Positions 11,210 through 25,368 of a stretch of DNA of 64,000 nucleotides are shown one piece after another. The notes under the pieces were generated by a model. The model was not told the DNA's origin. It saw only the letters and a list, made by a program, of their open reading frames with translations, and ran no database searches. Every line of letters begins with the position of its first letter. The first letter of the stretch is position 1. This DNA is from Utricularia gibba (lineage: Eukaryota; Plantae; Magnoliophyta): the NCBI GenBank assembly GCA_002189035.1, contig NEEC01000008.1, positions 3,382,357 to 3,446,356 of the forward strand. The letters run 5' to 3'. The position numbers were made by a program, and so were the translations under genes.

Positions 11210-13730
11210 TTAAGATGCTTTCTCGACAGCGCCGTTGTCTAAGGATGCTGCCGGTGTCGAACCACCACCGGAGTTCGGGATATTCTTAGAGGAGGCGGAC
11301 TTTGCAGTAATAGAGCGGCCCATGAACTTCCCAGCCTTACTCAGGCCACTTCCAACTGCTCCTATACCTGTTCCGACCATGCCAGCCCCAGCCCCGAGCC
11401 CTGTTCCGACCAGTCCGACTCCAGCTCCGATTCCGGTCCCCACCAACCCAACACCGGAGCCCACGATGGAGGCTGCGCCATCAAGGGCGTCCATAGTGCT
11501 CCCAATCACCCCTGCCTCCTTTAGCTTCTTTCTTGCTTCCAGGATCTTCTTCTCCTCTTCAAGAGCCCGTAGTTGCTCTTCCTCGTTGAACTCATAGTAA
11601 AGCACCTACATCAGCAATGGCAAGTCTTACCAGAGACCGTCTCATATACCAGAAATCGAAGTATAAATTCACCTGAATCGTCAATGTCCCTCGATCCTTC
11701 TTGTCCTTGATCTTTAGCATATCAAGCGCAGGAAGCAGCTGAAGCACGATTTCTTTAGAAGTCCCAGCTTCCAGCTCGATCAAAGGCAGCTTTGCGATGC
11801 CCAGAAGCTTGTCCTGGCTGATGTCCTTATCGAACACCTGAAACAGATGGCATATACATGATACATCATTAGGCCATTGCGCTCAAATGCACAATATCCA
11901 TGAGACGACTGCATACCTCAAAAATGAGGGACTGTGTCTCCTTGTCTTCTGCAATCACCTCAAATGTCTGATCCCACACAGGGTTCAAGTTGTTGTCAAC
12001 AACCTTTGTTTTCACTTTGAAGAGAGGCCGAACGTATAAGACAACATACGGATCCGACTTTCCGATCATCTCCATGTTTTTCAGGGCAGTTGCTTTAACA
12101 ACGGTTACTGTCACCTTCCCCACAGGCTTAAGCTCCAGTTCACTGTAAACTCCCAGAGTTTAAAGCATCAGACATTCATTCTACTTCGTGTTTCTGTTAT
12201 GGGATTTTAAAGCGACTCGCCTTGTATCATTAGGCACTCCCCGAGAGGGACAACTATCCTATGAGGCCATTGTAGCATATCTGTTACAATGGTGTTAACA
12301 GTGCTCTTGTAAACAGAAACAAAATGTCAATAAGCTGACAGGAATTATGCACACTTCATAGGGATAAAGAAACATTAGATCTTACATCAATCATGTCTGA
12401 AAGACCAGGTACGGCTGTTAAACTTCCACCGATGGCCTTCAGAGTGTAGTCGATGCGTGGCTTTGGCTGCACCATTGAGATTAAATGAAGGTTTCATGGA
12501 ATATAGCAGTCGTTTTTATCAATGGATTGCAACAGACCTCAGCCAGGAGAGCAACAACTACTGCAGAAATGCAAGGAATTTCCTCAGAGAGTTGGAATAT
12601 CACCCGGATCACTGTGAAAACTTTTAGATCCTTCAGCTGCAACAAACAAAGGGACATAAACATCTCCATTAAAATGTATGGAATGAGATAGAACGAAGTG
12701 AGTGTTTTCTGAGTTAGAGAATTTGACAGCAACCTGAATCGGTAAGGAGGCAACAAAAGCAGCCTCGATGCCGAGGATAATGCTCGGATCACCACCCCAT
12801 CTGAGATCAATATCCATAGTGATCTGACCCTTTTTTAGACTCTGAACTCGGATCCCTGAAAAAGTAGTGTTCTGACTCAATGATGATGCCGGTATCTTGT
12901 AAGACCACCATCTTAGAAGAGATGATTGTATTGACCTTCAATCTTTGGAGCCACAGTTCCAAGAGACAATTTCTTGAACTTCATAGAAGTAATCCCCGGT
13001 GGACGATATTCTTCCAACAATGGCTCAACAGATTCTTTTATAACAACCTCTGCTGCCTAAGAAAACAGATTAAGCAATACATAAACCTTAAGCGGAAGGG
13101 AAAACAATACAACCACAAAACCATTGCCCAGCCTCAAGATCTCAAAATAGGTGCGCCACTACGGAATCTTGGTAACACTAAAGGGAGAGGATGATGAAGA
13201 ATTACATCTGCTACGTATGGCCATAACTTGCTTAGCATTTTATTCAGCCATTTCACCTGAAACGGTTCATAAAGAAACACTCAGACAGGTTAAAAAACGA
13301 TCCTTTGTCTCAATCCATTGAGAGAAAGCAAAAGAGAAAAATACACAAACCTGTTCATAAACAGGAAAAGATATCCATTCTGGAAAGCTTTCTCCGCATA
13401 ATTTCTTTAAATCATCTCGATTCAGACCGCTTAGAAGTTTAATATCAACTGCCTGTTAATCCCCAAAAGAATGGACAACCAAACATCACACTAAATGAAC
13501 CCAAGAAGATAAAAGAAGTTCAAGTGATCGTAAATTACAAGAGATCTAGTCAAAAGAAATGCCCAGATCACAAAACAAACCATTTCCAGTATCAAACAAG
13601 AAACAATAGCACATGGAAAAAGAACCTTGCAACCACGCTTGTTGCTTCTATAACGCATCATGTAGTTCCAACCCGCCATTAACGCGATACCTAACGAAAT
13701 CCCCAACAACATTCCTGAAACCAGACCCAT
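11210..13730 (-). CDS. CLB: Synaptotagmin-like calcium-dependent lipid-binding protein (TM-SMP-C2, NTMC2T4 type)
   Basis: N-terminal TM MGLVSGMLLGISLGIALMAGW; SMP exons (ITMDIDLRWGGDPSI, FQLSEEIPCISAVVVALL); C2 exon MIGKSDPYVVLYVRP; C-terminal coiled coil plus Gly-rich GVGLVG repeats typical of CLB/SYT7. Confidence 0.9.
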
Positions 13731-15601
13731 CTTCTTGAATCACACTCCCAATTACCACCACCGAAAAGGCAGACTTTTAACAAACTAGACTTCAGAACAC
13801 AATGGGCTTGCTACTCGACCAAGCAAAACGCCCCAGCTATTTGGCATTATCTTCTTCCACAAGTGGACTCGTGAAGAGGGTTTGTCCCCAAGACGAGGAA
13901 TTTATGGCTTGAGAAAGAAAGCAATAGTGAGGAAAATGACGTTGTAAGATAATTAATTATTTCTATCAATCAATGATACCCGGAAGCGGAGCGGCAGTGC
14001 CTACTGCACAGCACATCCACAAGTAACGAACCGTCGGAATCTCTACTTTTCCCTTCAGAAATACAATTCTCCGACTTCCCCATCCCCGTTTTCATTTCAA
14101 GTGAAGAACTTGCCGCCCAAAAACAAAACCCAGGATATTAATCGCTTCCCCCAACAAGAGAAACTGAACACTCGATTGTTTGAGTACATAAAGAAAGAAT
14201 CTTTGCAATCAAGAGACATGCAACGCTCCCCTTCACTCCATTCGATTCGATTCGGCGGATGTCGGTATTCACTGTTAAATAAGTAACCGCCGTTGACTTC
14301 CCTTTATTATAATTATAATTATTTTTTGAAAATCAATTAACCAATCACAAACCATTATTCAAATTAGTTATCATAAAATATTAAACCATTAACATTGTGT
14401 TTTATTTTATCAAGTGTAAAATGCGATAAATAGATTCCAAAATTTTTTTTATCATCAAATAACTTCTATGTGAAAATGAATAGGAATCGATAATCGTTTT
14501 TCTAATTTTTTAAATAAAAGTAGTTTTCAAAAACATATTTCCATAAATAGAACACAAAACAAATTAAAACTTAAAAAAAATGTCAGTTCATGGTCTCACA
14601 TCACCCTTCCAAAGGCAAATATCAATGGATCCATATCATCAACGGGTCCGCAAATTGACCCTGCTACAAAAACAATTTTTTACCTTCCGTAAAGTGAAAA
14701 AAAATGCCACGTTAAAAATCGTAATTAAGACACTTTTCTATTTTATTTTTACAAAATTTATACTGATTATTATTCTAATTATCTATTTTGATTCGGAGTA
14801 GCAATTATAGACATGGGTTGGAGTTGGGGGATTAGGGGCATTGAAGGAATTTCACGGTTACCAATCCACATGGGGGCACATGCACTCGCCATTTTGGGGA
14901 TGTGATGTTTAGGATTGAGGTGGTGGGGTTATGGGTCACATAAACATGCTTACTAATTAATGGGAAGATTCTTAATATAGGGAACCTTTTTTCGGAGGCT
15001 GACAGTTTGATGAGTTAGAAATTTAATCATATGTTACATATTGTGAAAAAAATAATTATATCATATGTATTTTTTATGTAAATATATAAAATCGGATATG
15101 ACAGTGATTATTTTTATAAATGATCTCTTGTTTGGTTTATAAATTATATCTTGTCTAATAAATCCAATTATGAGCGTTCAACTTGTTTGAATCTTATTTT
15201 ATCTTAGTTTGCGATGAGGTCCGATTCAAAATTAATAATATTTTGATGGAATTCAATTTGATTGATATATAAAGTCTACCTCAAATAACTCGTTTAGGGC
15301 AATGGTCGCCGGCGGTGTACCCGGGGAGGCTCGCCGGCCGGACGGCGGCGGCGGGGGCGGCGGCATGTTAGATACTTTCGAGGAAATGACAACGCCGGAG
15401 TGCACCAGTAGGAGAGGAGGTAAGTAACGAGGAGTGAAGAGATGGTCATTCTCCGAGATAATGGGCTTGGCCCAAATGAAATCTATGGGCTGGAGGAATT
15501 TTTTTTTTCCTCTTTTAGATTTGTAAGTCTTTTTTTAATTTAAGAATGCTCTAGAATACAAAGAAACCGGCGGATGTCAAATATGGTACGTCAACCCACC
15601 T

Positions 15602-16956
15602 ATGACATCTAACATGAAAAGAGTGGTGGTACTGCACGCCGCCGCCGTCACGCCGTTGGACGAGTCGGCGGAGCTCCGCCTACACCTCACTTTCTTCGAC
15701 GTGGTATGGGTATTCTTTCACCCAATCCAACGTCTCCTCTTCTTCAACTACAGCATCTCCTCGCTGGAATTCCTCCAAACCGTCGTTCCTCGCCTGAAAA
15801 CATCGCTCTCCAGAACTCTATCCCGATACCTTCCCTTGGCCGGAAACTTAGTTCAACCCTTCAACTCCGATCCCCCGAGATACTCTACACTCCGGGAGAC
15901 TCTGTTTCGATCACTTTCACAGAAGCCGATGATTCTCTAGATTTTAATCATCTTACGTCACACCAAATCCGCGAAGCCGACGAATTCTACAACCTCCTTC
16001 CAGATTTGCCGACGGGATCCGAAGAAGGATTCAGCAAAACAGCGGTTTTAGCTCTGCAGGTGACGCTTTTCCCTAAAGCCGGTATATGCATCGGCTTCAC
16101 CAACCACCACGCCGTCGGAGACGCAAGCTCGATTGTTGGATTTATCAAAGCCTGGAGCTCAGACACGAAGCTAGGCGGGAATCAGTTTCAAGTTCCAAAC
16201 TTTGACCGGAGTTTGGTCGCCGACCCATCCCTTCGGCGAGCAAATATGTTCTGGAATCAGATAAAAAGCTTCAACATTGGAGTACCACCACCGAAATTCC
16301 CCACCAACAAATTCCGGGCAACCTTCGTTTTAAAGAAAACCCATATCCAATTTCTCAAAAACAGGGCACTGGAGATAAACCCCAATACCAAACATTTATC
16401 CTCTTTCACTGTAGCCCTTGGTTACTCATGGGTTTCCTGGGTGAAGTCCGCCTCCGAATCCGGGGAAACAGTCGATGATAACGAATCTGAGTTCTTCGGA
16501 TTTGCAGTTGATGTTCGAAATCGCGTTGACCCACCTCTCCCGGAAACATATTTCGGCAATTGCCTAGCTTTCGTGGTCGTCGAATCCACCCACGGAAATC
16601 TGAAATCCAAAGATGGGTTCTTCGAGGCGGTCGATTTGATCGGAGAATGCATCAGCGAGAAGGTGAATAAGAAGGATGAGATATTGAAAGATGCAGATGA
16701 TTGGCTGGTGAAATACGGACCTATATTGGGTATGCGTGTTTTTGGGGTGGCGGGTTCTCCGCGATTCGATTTGTACGAGGCTGATTTCGGTTGGGGAAAA
16801 GCTAGCAAGCTGGAGGCGGTATCGATTGATGCAGAGGAAAGCATTTCGCTGGCGAAGTCGCCGGAGTTTGAAGGAGGACTGGAAATTGGGTTATCTGCTA
16901 CCGAGAAGAAGATTGAAGCTTTTGCACGCCTCTTTCACGCCGGCCTCATTGCCTGA
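15602..16956 (+). CDS. BAHD acyltransferase, anthocyanin/phenolic glucoside malonyltransferase clade; intronless, apparent 1-bp frameshift
   Basis: Frame 1 has LTFFDVVW...PIQRLLF...YLPLAGNL. Frame 2 has HHAVGD (HXXXD), YFGNC and DFGWG. The frames join at C-run 15872-15876. Confidence 0.9.
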
Positions 16957-17184
16957 AATATGGATCAAAGAAACGGTACCCAGACACCGTGGTTCACTTC
17001 CGGTGTTTCTTCAAGATACTACTTAACCTTCGTGTCTGAAATTCCAAGTTCCCACCTTTTCCCAAGCCTCCCGTTTCCAGTGAATGATCTTCCGGGTTCT
17101 CTACAATCAGAATAAAATTTCACTTTCAGTCTCTAATGTATCTATAGCCATCTCTTCAACAGGCGAGAAGCCTTTTCATGGACT

Positions 17185-18845
17185 TCAAGGATAGAAAAGT
17201 TTAGCGAACAGAAGCTCGTTCCAAGTGTCTTGAAGCCCCGGCAAACACCAGTGCACGCAGTCGGCATAGCTCACCGGATCAGCGAGCTGTTGTGGAGTTA
17301 AGGGGCCCCATTGCTTCTTGTAGATCGATGTGTGGGCATCTTTTCTGTAACTCGAGAGCTGAGTGATGTTGAGAACGGCTATAGGAATTTGAGATTTGCT
17401 CAACTCCTCGTCCACCACTCGCATTATGCTCTTTCGACAGTCTGATCCCCAGTACGCAGGATCCTGAATCATGGTCGTCTCGTTGTAGCAGTTGCCGCCC
17501 ATTTCACCACCCCAATCAACGCTTCTGTAATTTGCAAACATGAGCTCCATTAGAGGAATTGTAAGAACAACTAGAAGCTTTCTTTTGCTGTTGCAGGGGC
17601 CTTACTTTCCATGGGAAGGGGACATGGTGGTGAAAAAGACTCGGGTTACTGCAGGATCCATGTTTTTTCCAACCCATCTCAGCATGCTCTTCATTGCCAT
17701 GCGATAAGCTTCCTCTGTCGTCACCTCCACAATGTCCTTTTCATCATCGAAGGATCCTTCTTGTCTGCCCACAATGCTGATCAGATACAGCTGTACAAGT
17801 TACAGTAAATAAATGGAGCAGTATTTCGCTTACAGTATCTTGAAACTAAGGCCAGTCATCCACCACAGATAGGTATTGAAAACTATGAGGTCCGCTCCCT
17901 TCCAGTGCCTCCCGTGCTTGTTTATTGATCCTTTCCGCACGACTCTGTCGCTTATCCTGTGCACGATTGCATCATCTGAGTTGGACTCCAGGAGAAATGG
18001 AGCCCAGTAGAACTGCAGAGTGGCGTTGTAGTCCTGGGGAAAAGCTTCATCTGATCAGCTTTCATCAGCATTTTTGGGTATACGCTCATTGTTCGTCACC
18101 TTGGCTGTGAAGACTGATAAGGAGCCAACGGTCTCCATGGATGAGGCATTCTCAGGGATACTCTTGTGAAGAAGACAGAGCATGGAGGTGAACTGGCCTC
18201 GGTTCAGAGAGTCGCCGACGAACAGCATTCGCTTACCTCGAAGACTTTCCAGCATTAACGTCGCGTTGAAACTGCAAGGCGAGTGAATACGCTTGGTTTG
18301 GCGTCGCATTGGATTGAAGTATACAGTGAGGAAAGAGTTGCAGAGAAGAACCTCGGCAGAGAGCAATCTCGAGGCTGCCATCTCCATTTCTGGTAGCCCC
18401 TGTCTGGTCGACCGTGTTCCTGGCACGTCAGCTGGGGCTGAATGTACGGACACTCCGACTCCTCGTACAGTGGGCGAACCTCGTCCCACACCCAGTCCCC
18501 CCTGAAAAGGTCGCATCTTCGTCCGCCGCGGGCTTCAATGGCGAAAGGAAGCTTTTCAAGTTTCTTCTGCCCTCTACCTTGAGGTCGCAATCCAGCAATA
18601 TGAATATCAAGCTATGCGTATTCAGGCAAACAAGCTAACTTACCGGAAGCCGAGAATGAGGTTTCCGGCTGATCATAACCAAGATCAAGCGAATCAAAGA
18701 GGCTACCGGCTCCGCACCTAAGGTCGTCCCAGTAAAGAAAGGTGACCAGAACGATGAAACCCAACAGGGGCAGGAGATAACGGGAGAGGCTGGCCTGCCG
18801 GAGAACCGCGGCCGGCGAGGAAGAAGAGAACAGCCGCGGCTTCAT
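17185..18845 (-). CDS. TBL33: Trichome birefringence-like polysaccharide O-acetyltransferase (TBL33-like)
   Basis: N-terminal TM ([19 protein letters not shown]), [12 protein letters not shown] motif ([11 protein letters not shown]) and DCVHWCLPG (DxxH). Multi-exon. Confidence 0.88.
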
Positions 18846-20563
18846 CCTTTTCACCGCTTTATCGTACCTCCCCCTCTTCCTTATGCCGTTGGAGTTGAGC
18901 TGAGCCCTGGCTATGGAGGTGCACAGTCAGTCAGGTGTCATGGAGGAGCTGTCACGTGGTCGTTGAGCAACGTAACCATTCAGCAACCAATTACGTGTCT
19001 ATTAATTAATATTCCTATCACAAAAAAAAAAAAACACAGATTGTTTGTTCTTCTCATTCTTCATTCCCAGGAATAAATAATTGTATTTTTTTTATAATAT
19101 TATATATAAAAGGAAATAGCTTCCTTATAAAGCAACCTTTGTTAGGCACCATCTACCATCATCATTATTCTTATTTCCCAAGATAGCACTTTGGTGGAGT
19201 TATCACAAAATATTATAGTTTAATGTTCAACAATCAACTTACAATACTTAAATGTTTCAAATAAGTTGAATTTCATCATTATAATTATTAAAAAATTAAC
19301 TTGTAAAATTAGACTAGGCTCGAGTTAGTTTCATGGGCTTTTTTGGTGGGCAGGAGAACTGATATGGGTCGTTGGCATATTCTATTTCGGGAGGAGTTGG
19401 GCCTTATTGGGCCGGATTTGATCCAGCCCGTGTTCGCGATTTGTAGTAGGACCACTCTGCGGTGGAAATCGGCATGGGGGCTACGTTTTAGGCATGTTCT
19501 ATTTACTGAGCGTCGTGGGCGGTGGGGGTAAGCTCCCGTGCGACTCGTGTTCCTGAGCCCCTCCCTCCACCCCCACAATAAGCAGGCTGGTGACACGAGG
19601 TTTTTTTTTTTTTGAAAATATTGTGTATTATTATTAATTCGTTAGATCTAATTTTTAAATGTGATTTATATTTATTATGTATTTAGACTTCAAACATGTA
19701 CTTATTTAACTCATTAAATTTTAAATTTTGATATAAAATTTTAAAGATTGGATGTTGAAATTGACGTCCGTCTCCAGGAGGAAGAAGGGTTGCCACATTG
19801 CTGCTAGAAGATTCTGGATTAGTCGTTACTCAACAACCAATCATTAAAAAATGAAATAAAATCATTAACGAAGAGGCAATTAGGGCAACTCGGATGGCAT
19901 TAAATGAGGATACCACTTTTGTTATCTATTCCAACTGTCCAAAATAATATCCACTTTTAAAAAATACCTAAATCACATTAAAATATTGAGATATTTCAAT
20001 GTCGGAAATCGCACATTCATAATACTTCCCTTTAAATTTCAACCTCAGAAACCATGTTCGAAATTCTTAAAATTTTTTATTTTATTCTAAATTTTGTAAA
20101 TATAAAAATAATAAACGGTAAAATTTTATAGCATTAGCAAATGTTGGTATAATAGACTTCCAAATCTAATAAATTGTTCTGTCTCGCGTGAAAAAAATTA
20201 AGAGTGTTTTTTAATGAAATATATAATCGTTTCTTGTCAAAAAGAATTATTTTTTAAAACATAATTAAAAAGTTAATATTGAGGGCATGCCCCACAACCT
20301 AAGAAGCTTGTTTGACAAACCCGTCGCTGTGGGGTCCACATGTTTACAATTTGGAAATTTGCGCTTGTCCTCAACCATTTTTTTTTTTTTTTTATCGTGG
20401 GGGCAGTAAGGCATGCGGGAAAAGACATAAAGGCCCTCCGGGTCACTTTTCCTTTTTACCCTTGCCCTCGTCTTCTCGCTTTTCGCCATTATTATTTCTT
20501 TTATTGCAGATCAGTTTTGTGGCGGAGTGAGTGGGAAGTAGAACTGCTGCTGAGGACAAGGAA

Positions 20564-23500
20564 ATGGCATCGAGCATAAAAAATGGCGGCACGAAGGCGA
20601 CAAGTCTTCGATCCTCCTTTCCCAAGCCTAAGCTTCATTCAACCAGTACTACTCGCCGGAGTTTGCCGGTTCAGAACGGCGCTGAAGCCGGTGAGCTTCA
20701 CTATTTTAGCGATTTTGTTTTCATGATAATGTGTAATGTAATTGCATTTCGGATTGTGTTGCATTGTGTTTTGGATGGCTGATTGTTGTTGTTTCTTGTG
20801 CTGTGATGGTGCAGTTTCGGGAAGAGTTCGTGTCGCGGTTAGGTTGAGACCTCGAAATCCGGAAGAAATGGCGGCCGATGCTGATTTTGCGGATTGTGTG
20901 GAGTTGCAACCAGAGGTTACCGTTAATGCTGTGATTTGACCTAAGTTATCATTGGGGATTGATATTGATTTTTTTTTTTTTTTTTTTGCAATTGTATATT
21001 TTTTATTCGCAGCTTAACAGACTAAAATTGCGGAAAAACAATTGGGACTCGGATACGTATGAGTTTGATGAGGTTCTTACTGAAATTGCTTCGCAGAAGC
21101 GTGTTTATGAAGTTGTTGCCAAGCCTGTTGTTGAGGTGATAAAACTCGTTTTAAGTCGTGGGTGGCATTGCCGCAATTCACGTTTGTTTTCCTTTAAACA
21201 AGAATGTCGAATGATGTGATATTCCCGCTTGGTTTTTTTTTCCCCAGTCAACATCCTGTTCATTTTCTAAATTCTTCATTCCAAATTGGTAATGTACCAG
21301 TAAGTTTACCTCTACCTTTTATTTCCCAGAGTGTTTTAGATGGATACAATGGCACTGTGATGGCATACGGTCAAACAGGTACTGGGAAGACTTATACACT
21401 TGGACGACTAGGTGACGAAGATACATCAGCTCGTGGTATAATGGTTCGATCAATGGAAGAGATACTTTCGAGTGTGTCCCCCAATCGTGATTCTGTCTCT
21501 GTTTCATACCTTCAGGTTGTTGATTTTGATCCTTTTACAGTCTGCTTTTGATTATATTTAGAGTAGCTCTATGATTGGTATAAGTAGCAGACAATAATCT
21601 CATGGATGAAGATTTCTTCGTTGTAGCTCTATATGGAAACCATCCAGGATCTTCTGAATCCTGCAAATGATAACATTTCAATAGTTGAGGACCAAAGAAC
21701 TGGCGATGTTTCTTTGCCTGGGGCAACCCTAGTGGAGATACGAGACCAGCAAACGTTTCTTGAACTCTTACGGCTGGGGGAAGCTCATAGGATTGCAGCC
21801 AACACCAAACTTAATACTGAGTCTTCTCGTAGCCATGCAATTCTTATGGTGAGTGTCTGGTTATATAAATTTCTGCACCTTTTTTTTCTTTTTTTTGTGG
21901 TTTTTAGGCATAAAAATCATTGTTTGTGACCCAGGTGCATGTGAAGAGGTCCATATCAAACTCAGATGATGATTTTTCACTTGAAAGCCAAGATCGGTGT
22001 AATTTGGCTCCACCATTGTTACGTAAGGGCAAGCTGATAGTTGTGGATCTTGCTGGTTCTGAACGCATTCATAAATCAGGTTTTCTATTCTTAAACACTA
22101 GATTATTTGAAAATTTTTTTAATTGCAACCTTGCTCTACTTTCAGTGGTATTATCTTAACAGTGCAACCTTATCTGTTGATGTTCTTGATTCACTGCTTG
22201 CTCTGGTGCAATTTTTTTCGCTTTCTTAGATTTCTTTTTCTCTTCCTGAAGGAAGTGAGGGACACATGTTGGAAGAAGCCAAGTCTATAAATCTTTCACT
22301 TAGCGCTTTGGGAAAATGCATAAATGCCTTAGCAGAAAATAGTCCTCATGTTCCCGTTCGTGACTCAAAGCTTACTAGGCTACTAAAAGATTCATTTGGA
22401 GGTAGCCTTTTGCCTTTTTTGTTCCGTATTTTCATATCTTTTTTTGTGAAATCTGATGTGTAATGCTCTCGTATATGGCCTGCTCAATTTTTGTATCAGG
22501 CACATCTAGAACTTCATTGGTTATCACAATTGGTCCATCCCCGCGTCATCGTGCTGAGACTGCTAGTACTATATTGTTTGGGCAAAGGGTGAGCAGCTAG
22601 CTAGGCAGGAAATGTATTTTCCAACAATTGCAATAGGAGTTAGATATCATATGGGAATTTATTATGTTTAATTTGGTATGATGATAGGCGATGAAAGTGG
22701 AGAACATGCTAAAAATCAAGGAGGAATTCGATTATAAGAGCTTATCCAAGCGACTTCAAATGGAGATAGATAGATTGATAGCTGAAAATGAAAGGCAGCA
22801 AAAGCATTATCAAAATGAGATTGAGAGAATTAGATTAGAAGCACAGAAACGTGTTGCTGAGGCTGAAAGAAACTATGTGGAAGCCTTGGAGGTACTTTTT
22901 TCTTTATATTTCTGGAGTTCAGTATGTTTCTTGCACTAGAAAAACTTCGTGTAAGCTGATGTCTGCCGGAACAGCTATACGATAATATCCATAAAAAAAC
23001 TAATCCGATGACAATTCAATCAGACCTGTAATTGTCCGACATTTTCTTTCTCATGTAATCAGGAGGAGAAAACCAAATGTCAAATGGATTATATGGAATC
23101 AATTCAGAAGCTGGAGGAGAAGTGGGCAGTCAGTCACCAAAAGCATGCCATGAATGGAGAGGTAATTACTTTTTTATTGTCTTCAGATGCACTGTGCCTG
23201 CCTAAACCTATGCTTTTATATATATATATATATATATATTTTGCAACGTGTTTTAGTGTTCTTAATCTTTTCAGGTTCACAAGGATGCTGGTAGTGATGA
23301 GCTCCGTGAACTGCAAGCATTGCTTCAAAAAGAAATTAATCAACGGAAGGCTGCAGAAGAAGAAAATCAAAACTCAAATAACAAGTTAATCAAGTTCTTA
23401 AAGGTAGAGATTGTCTACTTTTCGTATGTTGGATGCCAAACTTTTCCATTCGTTTTAACTCTTTCATGGTGCCACTAATAACTCTGGTGCAGATGATGGA

Positions 23501-25368
23501 TGGGAACTCTAATGGCTTTAGCCTTCAAGAAATTTTTGAAGAGGAGTCTCATCAAAAGAAGAAGCTTGAAGAAGAAGTTAGAATTTTGCGAAATCAGTTG
23601 GCACAGTTATCCGTGGAAGCTAATCAGGTATGTTTTCGATACATTACATCATATGCAAAACATGAACATATCATCGTTTCATTAGCTAGGAAAAAGTATT
23701 CCAACTATGCTAGGTATTTCTCCAGCAGAAAGAGGATGCTCATTCTTCTCAGTTAAGATGAATTTTTGTATTCAAGTTTAACTGATTTGTCTCAATATGC
23801 ATTCTCACAGACCAGAAGTTACCCTGACAGAGGCAACAATGGGAAATCCCTAGGCATGATGAATTGTTCCTCGCCACTAAATTATGGGCAATACAGAGAT
23901 AATGATACCAGAGAAAGTGCATCAATTTCTAACCTTCATGAACAGGGTGATGATTATTATTATACTGATTCTATTCCTTTTCTTTGTTTCTCAGTTATAA
24001 TATAAACACATTTTGAACCCTTGTATGCTTACAAATTTCTTTATCTAACAGTTGGATTGCAAAAGATATTGTCGCTGCTGGAATCCGAAGACCCGAATGT
24101 GCAGATTCATGCGGTGAAAGTTGTAGCCAACTTAGCTGCAGAAGGTAATTCAGCCTTTTCACACTTGCATATTATCTGCATTCAAGTCCAATCTTATTAA
24201 GGTAACCCTATTATTTTAGAGAAGTGAAGTTTTTTTATAACTTACATTGCAGAAGCAAATCAGGAAAAGATAGTTGAAGCCGGGGGTCTCACTTCATTAC
24301 TGATGCTTCTGCGAAAGTACGAGGATGAAACAATTCGTAGGATTGCAGCGGGTGCAATCGCCAATCTTGCAATGAATGGTGACTACTTAATCATTTTGTT
24401 GTTGTATTTTGCAATCGTATCTGCTTCATGCCTTTTTCCTTCAAAAAATTTAGGCTTCGAAGATGGCAGCATCTTCCTTCCCCTTATTATTTCCCTTGAA
24501 ACATGAAAAATTTTCAGAGTCCAACCAAGAACTCATAATGGCTCAAGGTGGGGTGCCTCTCTTGGCGATGACTGGTACTAACGCTGAAGATCCTCAGACG
24601 CTTCGAATGGTTGCTGGAGCAATAGCCAATTTATGTGGCAATGGTATTAATTTCCAATGCTCTGCTCTAATACTCCCCATGTTCGCTATTTCTTCCCCAC
24701 TCGCCATCTTTTATTCCTTATTCATGCAATGCATTCGGTTTCCCAGATAAACTGCAAACAAGGCTGAGATCAGAGGGTGGCATCAAAGCTCTGTTAGGGA
24801 TGGTGAGATGCAGGCATCCAGATGTTCTTTCTCAAGTAGCTCGCGGCATCGCCAATTTCGCAAAATGTGAATCCAGGGTAGCAACCCAAGGTAAAAAGAT
24901 CTCCACCCACTTCAAGTGCATCTAAATATTTCCACAAAATAGTGAATCCTTTCTGTATCCCCGAATGATGTTCCAAGATGGCTCCTTTTTGCAGGCATCA
25001 GACCTGGTCGTTCCCTGCTTGTGGAAGACGGAGCCTTGCCATGGATAGTACAGAACGCCAACAATGAAGCATCACTAATCAGACGCCATGTCGAGCTCGC
25101 CCTTTGCCACCTCGCGCAGCACGGTAACATATACTTGAAACCACTCGCTCGTCCCCCCCATTTTTACTCCTCAAGATGCACAACATTACATGATCTCCCC
25201 CCTTGCAGAAGTGAACGCCAAGGACTTGATCAGCGGAGGCGCACTCTGGGAGCTCCTTCGCATCTCTCGTGACTGTTCCGGGACGACATCAAGGCGCTTG
25301 CCCGTCGAACTCTAACATCGAGCTCCATCTTCCAGGCCGAGATGCGAAGACTAAGGATAGAGGTGTAA
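20564..25368 (+). CDS. ARK2: Armadillo-repeat kinesin (ARK2/ARK3-like); apparent 1-bp frameshift in last exon
   Basis: Motor motifs [34 protein letters not shown] and INLSLSALG; coiled coil; ARM exons [13 protein letters not shown] and [13 protein letters not shown]. About 19 exons. Confidence 0.9.
23217..23238. repeat. (TA)11 microsatellite in ARK intron
   Basis: Direct read of TATATA... over 22 bp. Confidence 0.95.

Noticed and set aside
11340-11470. Gly-rich tandem repeats (GVGLVG-like)
   Set aside because: This is the normal C-terminal tail of CLB/SYT7 proteins, not a novel repeat.
19310-19600. GC-richer island between TBL and ARK with two 60-95 aa ORFs
   Set aside because: No recognisable domain, TIR, TSD or second copy in the window; possibly an old TE fragment, but unsupported.
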